In this document: positions 54,340 through 64,000 of the stretch, piece after piece
Numbering within the stretch: position 1 is the stretch's first letter
Layout of the letters: every line of letters starts with the position of its first letter
Source: Haliotis rubra
Taxonomy: Eukaryota
Direction: 5' to 3'
Assembly: GCF_003918875.1 (NCBI RefSeq)
Contig: NW_025766103.1
Span: forward strand, 868,001 to 932,000
Length of the DNA: 64,000 nt
The notes under the pieces: generated by a model
Databases searched by the model: none
What the model was told of the DNA's origin: nothing
The model's input: the letters and a program-made list of their open reading frames with translations, nothing else
Position numbers and translations under genes: made by a program

Positions 54340-54972
54340 TTATTAGGGTAATGCTATATTTGAGGGCATTATCATTTGCAGAAGCCCGAGGTCTTCCATT
54401 AACTGCCCGACGAAGCAGGGCAGTTGAGAAAGACCGAGGGCTTCTGCAAATGACAATGCCCTCAAAAAATAGCATTGCCGTTATTATTGCTAAAATACAT
54501 GGAATTTGTGTTGAAAAGTAAAAGGAAACAATGAAGGAATTTGACTGTAAGTTTACTCAAAACCAACTTCTGACGGGGTTGACTGCTCGAATGCAATTAC
54601 GTCATCGAACAATTCAAGTGACGTCACAACAGAAATTGACGATATTCGACCTATGCCAGTGTTCGGTTTTGGTCCAACAACAACGTTAATAGTGCAATTG
54701 TTGAGGTTAGCACCAGCAAGAAAGCCACTATTACCGCTATTTAAAGCGGGAATTCGGGTTTCTTTGACTTGTTTGACCAAGATTATCTGCCACTCCAAAG
54801 CCAAAGTCGAATGAACCGTAAGCCCACGCATCCACTATGACGTCACTTGACAACAGAACTGATAGTCGCCCGTCGTTAAGGTTGAGCGGTCAAATATCAT
54901 TTGCAGCGGCCCGCAAATTTCTAATAATGGGAGGGCCGTTTCATGATAATTCCATGTATTTTAGCTATAATA
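54340..54972 (-). mobile_element. Crypton-like non-autonomous element
   Basis: ~60-bp-arm palindrome at 54347-54479; ~26-bp inverted repeats at 54481-54506/54948-54973; FLAGANLNNCTINV resembles DUF3504/Crypton C-termini; absent in B at ~25705. Confidence 0.6.
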
Positions 54973-55194
54973 AATGATATTGTTGAAGTATTGCAGTCGA
55001 ATTTGTTTAATCCGCACACTGCCCTTGTGGTTTGCTTTTGACAGTTATTTAAAGAGGCATTATTACAGAAAGAAGTCAACTCGTGGAATTCTTATGAAAA
55101 AGCAGTCCTTTTGATATTGTGATGATGCAGGTGCGTCTATAAAGGTCAATCGGTTGTTTCAGTCCAACAAGGCACTAAGACTTCACAAGTCACA

Positions 55195-55378
55195 TCCAGT
55201 ATTTGAATAGACATCACTGTCCAAATTGACAACAAACTGTTTCAATCTAGCCTGTGTCCCTGACACGATGTTGGGCATTAAGCAGCTACAAGACACGTCC
55301 AGTATTTGAATAGACCTCACTGTCCAAATTGACAACAAACTGTTTCAAGATACATATCCCTGGCACGATGTAGGGCAT
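55195..55378. repeat. 103-bp tandem duplication
   Basis: tccagtatttgaatagacMtcactgtccaaattgacaacaaactgtttcaa at 55195 and 55298. Confidence 0.9.
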
Positions 55379-55544
55379 GTCTTTGATATGGCATTGACCG
55401 TTTGTAGATTTCTTTTACCACAACTGATAATATGCATGCACTCATATCCTTCACCTAAGACCCTGTTATAGTGACTTGAATTAAACTCTGAAGTAATGGG
55501 TAGTTTGAAGAAATACAGACTCAGCTTCAACTGATGGCTGTTAG

Positions 55545-55900
55545 AAGGAATTGAATAGTGCAGCGCAACTCATTACTTGCACACAGAAACGCGACCGATC
55601 ACGCCGATCCTGAAGATGTTGCATTGGCTGCCCTTACACCTCCGGTGTCAGTACAAGATCTTGATGTACGTGTACATATCCAAAGGAGCTCATCATTCCT
55701 TATGAGTCGGCGCGATCTCTTGGATCGCAATCTGCATCTCTGATCACTGTGCCCGAAACACGAACTGTAATGCACGGGGACAGATGCTTCAACAAGAATG
55801 CAGCAAACTGTGGACCGATCTACTATCTACCCTGAGAAACTCAACATTTTATGACATTTTTCAGGAGGGCGTCAAAAACCATCTCTTAAAATCAGCTTAA
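55545..55900 (+). mobile_element. L2/CR1-group LINE 3' remnant
   Basis: NSAAQLIT...ITPILKMLHWLP..YKIL...GDRCF..KLW..HL, across frameshifts. Confidence 0.8.
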
Positions 55901-56631
55901 ACTCAGTAGCATTTGTGACACTTTCTGTGTATCGACTTTTAGTGTTTTAGTTTTTAATTCCTATATAAATTTTGCATATTATAATTATCATATTATGTTT
56001 GTATAATTGTGAAAGAGAAATATCGTGTTGTTGACATTGCATGATGGTACAGGAATCATATTCTGTGAAGAGTTAATTGAGTACATCGGGTAAGTGCGTG
56101 TGTGTCATTTGTACTCTCCATATCAAAATGTTTTACTGTTATGCATTTCTGTCTATGTGAGGCTTAGTATGCACCAATCATCCCTCGAATTTGACTTCTT
56201 AATTGTCTAACGTTGTCACCGTGATTCAGAACATGTAACGAAGTCAAACTGTGAACAATCATGTAAGTAGACAGTGCTTGGTGTCTTGTTGTATGATTTG
56301 GACAAATACCTTTGTTATAATGAGTGCTGCAAGTCTGGAAGATCTCCCATGACTAATGTGGTCTGTCGACGATATTTCCTAGCGAGACAACTCAGGCTTG
56401 GGGGTATTTATTTAACTCGTGTTGATAGACCTTGGTGTCATATACGAAATTAACAACTCGCAATATTTGCAAAACCTGCCTGTTGGCTATTTTTGTAGTG
56501 GTCGTAAGACGTCATGCAACAGAAGAGATACATAACCCTGTAAGTTACGATACAAATATGTACATCAAAGTCAAAGTCAAAACAGATATGATGAGAAACG
56601 TTTTAACCCATGACCTCTTTCCAATCATGTG

Positions 56632-56798
56632 GTGGGCGGTGGGGTAGCCTAATGGTTAAAGCGTTGCCTCGTCACACCGAAGACCCGGGTTCGAAACCCC
56701 ATATGGGTACAATGTGTGAAGCCCATTTCTGATGTCCCCTGCCGTGATGTTGCTGGAATATTGCTAAAAGCGGCGTAAAACCAAACTCAGTCAGTCAG
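56632..56798 (+). mobile_element. tRNA-Asp-derived SINE
   Basis: 12-bp TSD TCCAATCATGTG; empty site in B at ~26760. Confidence 0.93.
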
Positions 56799-58409
56799 TC
56801 CAATCATGTGAAAATGTGACACAATAATAGTGTGTCAACGACTTCAAACCCACTCTCTCCTTCCCTTTATCCTTGATTGAGTACGCCACATCGTTACTGA
56901 TAAAATAAACACAACCAGAACTACGTGTATTTTAACTGGCTAAACAAACATATAAGACATTAAGAAAACCAAATTACTGTCGTCATTAGATGAACATCCG
57001 AAAACAGTGCTACCAATTAAATGAGATAATTGTTAAGGAATGTTTACAAGATACGACGCTCAGTAAAGCAGCGTCAAAGAAGCATAAGGCATGATTTAAC
57101 TGTGTCGTGTTCAATGCTCACGTCGAGGATGTGGAAGAGAACCGGTATACTCAATGGCCACCTTGGGGAATACCAGGTTCTGTACTGGAGAGAAGCACAT
57201 AAAATACTTCTCATGCTCAATTTGACGCCTCGACACATCAATGTAATCAAACTTACATTATGAATGATTATGTATGTTTAGTGTTGTTTGGTATCACAAA
57301 TACATTTATGATTTATTATATTTACTTAAACAGACATGTATTATAATTTCTCCATTACATTTAATTGTAAATAATAGAAAATACCGTATTAACAGAAAGC
57401 CAGTATGGAATAATGTCCGGATTGAGTGAATGTAGGTCAGGCTCTCACTATCTCAACACCAAGGTCACATTGTCGCATCGTAGCGCTTTGGGCAATTGTA
57501 ACGCATTTTCCTTATTCTTCTCGTCTAGATGTTACCATTCAAACATCAGCTCAAGAAACTAACTCATTGCAAGTTAGTTTCGATATGTATTGTTCTGGAA
57601 ACCTTAGATTTAGTTTTGGGGAGAAGTTTATTATCAATATGCACATGCATGTCCTGGTAGGTAACCTTCTTAGAACATCAGGAGCGGGTACTTTGAATGT
57701 TTGTGTCGCTGCAACTACCACAGACAGGATATGGGCTTATACCTGTGTCACCTCCAAGTGTACTTTAGTGCGTTGCATAAATCCCACAACCCACTCAGAT
57801 GATCAAAGACGGTCAGCTATAACTGACATGAACCGGCTCGCCACCACACTGACCACATTAATGGGTTTTAAGAACCAGACAAATAAGAAATTGGCTTCAT
57901 GTTGTGCGCAAAATCGTGTCGGAAGTTTACGGCAGGGAGGTATCTTGCCGAGCAGCATGGCAGCCAGAGACGCGTAAATAGTAGCTCTGGCTGCAAACAA
58001 ATTAACAGATGCAATAATTTGTGCTTGTGTCTTAATGTGCGATAACCCCGTGTGATATTGTAGATCGCCAACAACTGAAGGTAGATCACCATACTAGGAA
58101 CCATGGGGACTTACATTACTTTTGCTGCCTGCATGGACTCTAGCTGGATTTACACTATCCCTTCAGCCGCTGGCAATGTAGGAAGATTTAGCCGAAAGTT
58201 AAAATAACAGAAATACTACGATTAAAAAGTACGGTTGTGCAAAATTGACTTTGAAAGTGTTTGGGACTTACATATCCTCTCAGGAGGACAATAAATTTAC
58301 GATACTCTAACCCCCTTTGAATATACAGCCACTAACAATCGAAGTTGCTAATTCATACTACCATGTTTAAAATACCATTTATATATTTACAAAACATTTT
58401 ATTCAAATT

Positions 58410-61400
58410 TTATGCAATAATACTATTTCTTTAAAAAACAACAAGTAGTAAATGATAATTTACAGTATAAAAAAGATCCTTCAGTGTTTTGACACTGAAA
58501 TACTTATCCCTTGTGATGGAAAAATCAATGCAGTCAAGCAGGACATCTTGACCGTGATTTTTTCATCACAAGGAGTACAGAATGGAGGATCTTCACCTTT
58601 CAATAAATATTCATGTGTATATCTTGTATGGCCAATGCGACATCGTCGCATGATGACCTCCTCAAACCTGGACTGACAACTCAAGTAGGTGTAACCGATA
58701 GTTGGTTTAATTTCGTGTAATTTATTGATACCTACGTGGTGTCCTACTTTTTTTGCATTAGAGCTCGGATATATGATCTAATCACGGCTTTATAATCTGA
58801 ATATGGGATTAGAAGTGGTGTCACAGATTTGTTGAGTGAGGCTTGGCAGCAAGATCGGCCATTGTGTTACGGAAATGCCAACGTGGTAACCAACAAAAGA
58901 CGATGTCGTATTGGCCAGTTCCAAGATCATTATACAATTCAATTATTTCAATTAAAAGTGGAAGTTTACAAGAGAGATTTTTTGAAGGCAAGAAAGAGAA
59001 TCTGAAAATATAATATTTTGTTTATATTTGGGGTGTCTATTAATGTATTTAAGAGCTGTTAGTATTGCGTTTGTTTCTGCTGTGAAAATAGAGCTGTTAT
59101 CAGGTATGCGAGAAGCTGTAGTTCTGGATCCAATGACAGTGGCACAAGCAACTTCGCCACCATCCTTGGATCCATCTGTAAATAAGGATTTGTATGTATT
59201 ATATTTATTTTTTAACTGACTAAATTCTTGTTTATACTGTAATTCGTTAGTTTCGGATTTTTTTGTCAGAGTTAGGTCAACTTGGGGCCTAACTAATTGC
59301 CAAGGAGGAGAAGAAGAAGACGGGAAAGAGATATATTGTCCAGCTCAATGCCGGCAGCAGAAATGAAAGGTTTAATTCTGAGCCCAAGAGGCGGAACAAG
59401 AGAAGGTTTCTTATTGTATAAATCCTCGTAGAGGGAATCGAAGACACAATTAAATGCAAGGTTAGATTTGTTAGAGTATAGTTTTGTAGTATATTGTAAA
59501 GATAATTTTATACGTCGTTGTGTAAGAGATGGCTCATCGGCCTTGACGTAGAAACTGTCAACAGGAGAAGTTCTAAAAGATCCAAGACAAAGTCTGAGAC
59601 CTTGGTGGTGGATAGAATCTAACATTTTAAGGTTGCTTTTACAGGCTCCACCATATACAATGGAGCCATAATCAAGCTTGGAGCGAATGAGTGATCTGTA
59701 TAAGTGAAGTAGGGTAGTTTGATCCCCTCCCCATTTTGAATTGGAAGCAACTTTTAACAAGTCGAGTGACTTCAGACATTTAGCCTTCAGGGATTTAATA
59801 TGCGGCAAAAACGTCAAGTGGGAATCGAAAATAAAACCCAGAAACCTGGCCTCCTTTACAACTTTGATAGGTGTGCCGTTTAGAAACAGTTCAGGGTCTT
59901 TATGTGTTTGTATTTACGGCAAAAATGTATGCAATTAGATTTGGACTTAGAAAATTTAAAGCCGTTTTCCACACACCATTTATTTATTTTGTTTAGACAT
60001 AGCTGCAGTTGTCGTCCAATAGTATGCATATTTTGACCACGACAAATAAATATTAAAATCATCCACAAAAAGGGATCCATCAATTGAATCATTTAAAACC
60101 GTTGATAAACTTGTTGATTTTGACACTAAATAATGTCACAGACAAAATACCACCTTGTGGGACACCTTGATCCTGATTTTAATGATCAGACAGGGTAGAG
60201 GCCCACCCGGACTTGAAATTGCCTGTCAGTTACAAAGTTGGATGTAAATTGAGGCAAACTGCATCTCAATCCAAAATCGTGTAAATCTCTTAGAATACCA
60301 TGTTTCCATGTAGTGTCATATGCTTTTTCTAAATCGAAAAAGCATGTTGTTTATGAATAATGGCATATTTTACAAAGGATTTTATACGCAATAAATGATC
60401 GATGGTACTTCTGTTTTTACGGAAACCGAATTGAATGGCTGTTATAAGGTTATTAGTTTCCAAGTACCACACAAGTCGATTATTTATCATGCGTTCCATG
60501 GTCTTGCAAATGCAGCTATTTAATGAGATTGGTCGATAATTCGAAGGATCAGTATGATCACGTCAAGGTTTAGGGATGGGTACAATAATAGAATTGCGCC
60601 ATGAAGAAGGAAATTGTCCAGAAGTCCAAATATCATCAAAAATGTTTAAGAGGGTTTCTAAACATGAATCCGGTAAGCGCTTCAGGAGCTGATAATGTAT
60701 GTTATCAGCCCCTGTAGCCGTATCATGAGCTTGATCAAGAGCAGTATGAAGCTCACAAATAGAAAATATTTCATTATAATCTTCCCCGTTATCTGAATTG
60801 AAATTAATAGTTTTCGTTTCCTGTTGCATTATATATTTTTGAAATTTTGGGATATAATTTGATGAGGAAAAATGTTTGGCCAAAGTTTCTCCAAGTTTAT
60901 TTGCTATATCAGATTTACTAGTTAATAATTCGTCTCCGTCTTTAAGATGCTTAATGCTAGATTGAGAGCCCTTACCTTTTATTTTCTGGATCATGTTCCA
61001 TACCTTTGATATTGGCGTTCGTGAATTTATTTTTGACACATAATTTCGCCCAGACAGACGTTAACATTGCTTGAAGGTACGCCGTGCCTTAGCATTTAAA
61101 ATTTGGAATATATTCAAATTATGGACCATAGAATGGCGACGGAAATAATTCTCAGCCTTCTTCCGTGCCTTCCTAGCTTGTTTGCACTCATTTGTGAACC
61201 ATGGTTTTCGGATGTGTGGAATTGCAGAGGATTGTGGGATACACTCATCAGCTATATTATTGAGTTCATCAGAGAAATCCTTTATGGCATCAGGAACATC
61301 TATAAACAGTTGAGGTTTAAGTCTGCTACAACACAGGATTTGATATAAATTCCAGTTAGCTTTTTTAAAGTTCCATCTTGAGGATGGGGTAATATCAGAT

Positions 61401-62044
61401 GGGTTCACAGGAAAATGGTCACTTCCACAGTGGTCATTGTGGACTGACCATTCAAATCCATTCAATAGGTGTGAGTTTGTAAATGATAAATCAAAAGCTG
61501 AATAAGTTCCTGTGCCAGGATGTAAATATGTGTTAGGACCGTCGTTATATATGCATAAATCATTATCTGAACAGAACTCTTCTAATAGTTTACCTTTAGT
61601 ATTAGTAGTTGTACCACCCAAGTGTGGGTTGTGGCCATTTAAATCTCCCATAATAATACAAGGTTTCGGGAGTTGGTGATATAGATTTTGAAGTTCAGTC
61701 TCCTGAAGAGTTGAAGACGGTGAGATGTACAAAGAGCATAATGTGAGCGCAACATGTAATGTGAGTCGCACGGCAACCGCCTGGAGACCAGTATTAAGTA
61801 TAACAGGGCTATGGATAATATTCTGTTTGATAAGGATCGAAGATCCTCCAGTGGCCCGATAACCCGGAGGTGAAAAAGAATAGTATGCATTGAAATGGCG
61901 TAGGTCAAATATATCCGTCTTTTTTAAATATGTCTCCTGCAGACAGATGGCTGATGGTGTTAAGTCCTGGACTAATAGCTGCAAATCATTGAAATTATTC
62001 CTTAACCCTCTGCAGTTCCACTGTACAATATTATTGGAAGACAT
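58410..62044 (-). pseudogene. LINE ORF2 (AP endonuclease, reverse transcriptase, RNase H), disrupted
   Basis: QWNCRGL, LQET, GDLNGH, GSDHFP; ATGADNI, NYRPISL, FDLEKAYD, GVPQGGILS; RSKLDYG; YTDGSK...SIFTAE; RIGHTRYTH..CTPC. Confidence 0.95.
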
Positions 62045-63307
62045 TATCTTTTGGGGGGATTTATTGGGGATCTACCCCGCACTTTTTTGGAGGGCGACAA
62101 GCTATGTGCCCTAGAATGGACGTTTTCACATACGTCCATGGCCTCAAGATGTCCATATTTGTTGTATAGCTGAATTCTATTTTCCGACCCTATTGGGGCT
62201 CTGCCACTTTGTTTTTTATCAAGCTGCTTCGGGTTATTTTTTTTGCTTTTAACAATTTGCTGAGTATCAGATGACGATTGAGACTGTGAACGTGACTGAG
62301 AGGATGACTTATGATCAGAAGATGACTCTGACTGCTTTTCGCACGTACTAGGAAGTGATTCCGTAGTTTGAGATGATACAGCAGGATACAAAAGCTGTGG
62401 ATTGTCGCCTTTGACCCAAGTCAAGTTTGTTTCACAGCTTGTGGATGATGTATATACTTTAGGGCTTGATTCAGTTGGTGTTTTGGTTATTGACGCATAA
62501 CTTTCTGTAAGTTCAGATCTCTTTACAAGTTTTTTGGCATCAGAAAAACTGATGTTTTGGGTAAATTTGATCTTGTTGATCTGCATATGTTCTTTCCAAA
62601 TCGGACATTCTTTTGAGAAAGATGAATGTTCTCCTGAACAGTTGGTGCATTTTTTAAAGGTACTTGTACAATCTTCAGTTGTGTGTGTCTTCTCACCACT
62701 GTGAGCACACACAACGGACAATGTGCAAGTATTTACACCATTGCCATACTTCTGGCATTTCAAGCATCTGAGCGGATTAGGAATGTAGGTGTCAACATTG
62801 ATATTGCAGTAACCTGCCTGATTTGGGAGCAGTTGGTGACGAAAAGGAAAACAGATAAGTATTGGTCTGAACAGTTTCATTGTTTTTACGGGTTGAAAAG
62901 CGTTTTATGTAGAGTACACCTTGATCTTTCATTTCATTCACGATGTCAAGTTCTGACATGTCAGAAAACAATCGATCACGATCTCTGATGATACCTTTGC
63001 TTGTGTTTAATGTCTTGTGAGCAGAGACAGCGACCGGAATGCCAACGAACGATTCAGTGCTCGACAGATTGGCTGATTGCTGCCGTTTCCTGCACTCAAC
63101 CAGTAACGCACCTTATCCTTAACTTCGCCGGCGATACCTTGAATACCCTTGGAAACCGCGAAAGGGTTCAACTTTAATTGTGTTTTGTCGACAGTTTCAA
63201 TCAAAGCATGGCCAAAAGTCAATTGATTTGGACGGCCTAAGGTCATCATCATCAGGATCATTTTCAAGAGGACGTTTTGTTTTTTTGGTGGGGGTTTCAT
63301 AAGCCAT
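62044..63307 (-). pseudogene. LINE ORF1 gag-like nucleic-acid-binding protein (frameshifted)
   Basis: MAYETPTKKTKR..., LNPFAVSKGIQGIAG, YIPNPLRCLKCQKYG..C..C..H..C..CTNCSGEHSSFSKECP. Confidence 0.9.
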
Positions 63308-63831
63308 GGTTATTGTAGAGATTTCATCATCCGAGCTCCCCACCCACCACGGAGTATCACAAGGACAATGCACAAAACAAGTGGATCTCCGACTCACAGC
63401 ACCAAGGATACCCGGATGATATACTCCAGCAGAAAAATTAAAAGATTAATCCACCAGATTAGCCCATGAGCCACCGCTTGCTGGGCATACGACTCTAGGC
63501 AAAAACATACATGAAATTGTGTAGTTGAAATTCTGAGTTCCAAAAAATCGCCAAGACTTTAAACATATCATTGTATGATTCTCAAAATTTGGTGCAATAA
63601 TACATAGACGTAGCACAGGGCTTGGCGTGACCAGCCGATGGATAGAACCGGGCCAGTTCTACCACCCGCCTAGGTAAAGTAAGGGGCGAAGTGATGTGTT
63701 GGGCAGAGGAACACTGTTCCCGGAACCAGTGCCCTCAACCACCAGACACCCGTCCTCCACCGACACAAGGGCGCAACCCACGGCGAACGGGTTGGTGGAC
63801 TAAATATACCCCCGGGTCCACAACGGGGGGT

Positions 63832-63890
63832 TGAAGAGCACTTAGCGTTACCCAGCACCCACCACGAGGAGGTCGCTCTTCACGGGTGCC
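63832..63890 (-). ncRNA. HDV-like self-cleaving ribozyme (minimal P4) at the LINE 5' end
   Basis: GGCACCC G UGAAGAGCG ACC UCCUCGU GGU GGGUGCU GG GUAAC GCUAA G UGCUCUUCA. P1 7 bp with G1.U wobble, P2 9 bp, P3 3 bp, L3 UCCUCGU, P1.1 CC/GG, J4/2 GCUAAG with the catalytic C. Confidence 0.88.
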
Positions 63891-64000
63891 AGTGATGTTA
63901 ATTACACTGAGCAGGGTGCCAATTGCTTTGTAACTGTATTTTGATTAACCTCGTATTTAATTATTTGTGTCAAATGTCAGTTTTAGGGAATATATTGCAT
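63891..64000 (-). repeat. Continuation of copy C beyond the LINE
   Basis: ctgagcagggtgccaattgctttgtaactgtattttga matches B ~34298 ctgagcagggtatcaattgctaagtgactgtattttga and revcomp of A ~570-610. Confidence 0.75.

Larger units (their letters stand above)
45360..58056 (-). repeat. Copy C of the unit (direct repeat of B, inverted relative to A; last ~0.55 kb locally inverted)
   Basis: 45360-46940 matches revcomp of A 14780-16330; 47480-47750 matches A 11970-12220; 49500-51450 matches A 10000-11730; 52390-56625 matches B 23360-26770; 57540-58056 matches A 2340-2880 in the same orientation. Confidence 0.9.
58061..63890 (-). mobile_element. Near full-length I-group (Nimb-like) non-LTR retrotransposon, last ~200 bp of 3' UTR missing
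   Basis: 5' UTR ~580 nt, ORF1 with CCHC knuckles, ORF2 APE-RT-RNase H-zinc knuckle; multiple frameshifts and stops. Confidence 0.95.

Noticed and set aside
57426-57977. 183-aa ORF (and the 154-aa 23089-23553 and 144-aa 43747-44181 ORFs) as real genes
   Set aside because: Non-ATG starts and no recognisable domains; frames are not preserved in the paralogous copies where these exist.
1-58056. Unit as a Polinton/Maverick or herpesvirus insertion
   Set aside because: The size is compatible, but I could not find pPolB, integrase, ATPase, capsid or terminase motifs, or unit termini; kept only as an untested possibility.

Overview
This is AT-rich animal genomic DNA. The (TCAC)n/(TCAG)n-tailed tRNA SINEs and the Meta-, V- and CORE/Nin-like SINE domains suggest a mollusc, probably abalone (inferred from repeat-family recognition only). 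I can support no intact host protein gene. Most of the window is three old, diverged copies of one long unit. Copy A (~1-16.3 kb) and copy B (~17.7-35 kb) lie head-to-head as a ~35 kb imperfect palindrome. Copy C (~45.4-58 kb, resuming at 63,891) is a direct repeat of B at a period of ~29-30 kb. The unit carries decayed coding-like blocks with synonymous-biased differences between copies; I could not identify the ancestral proteins. Each copy has its own younger insertions: an RTE-X-like LINE, 3' fragments of an I-group (Nimb-like) LINE, tRNA-Asp SINEs with TSDs, hAT-, IS3EU- and Crypton-like non-autonomous elements, an L2 remnant and a Penelope-like hairpin. A Tc1 remnant is shared by B and C. 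A nearly full-length I-group LINE (58,061-63,890, minus strand; gag-like ORF1, APE-RT-RNase H ORF2) begins exactly at the predicted cleavage site of a compact 59-nt HDV-like ribozyme. All identities and boundaries were judged by eye and are approximate.
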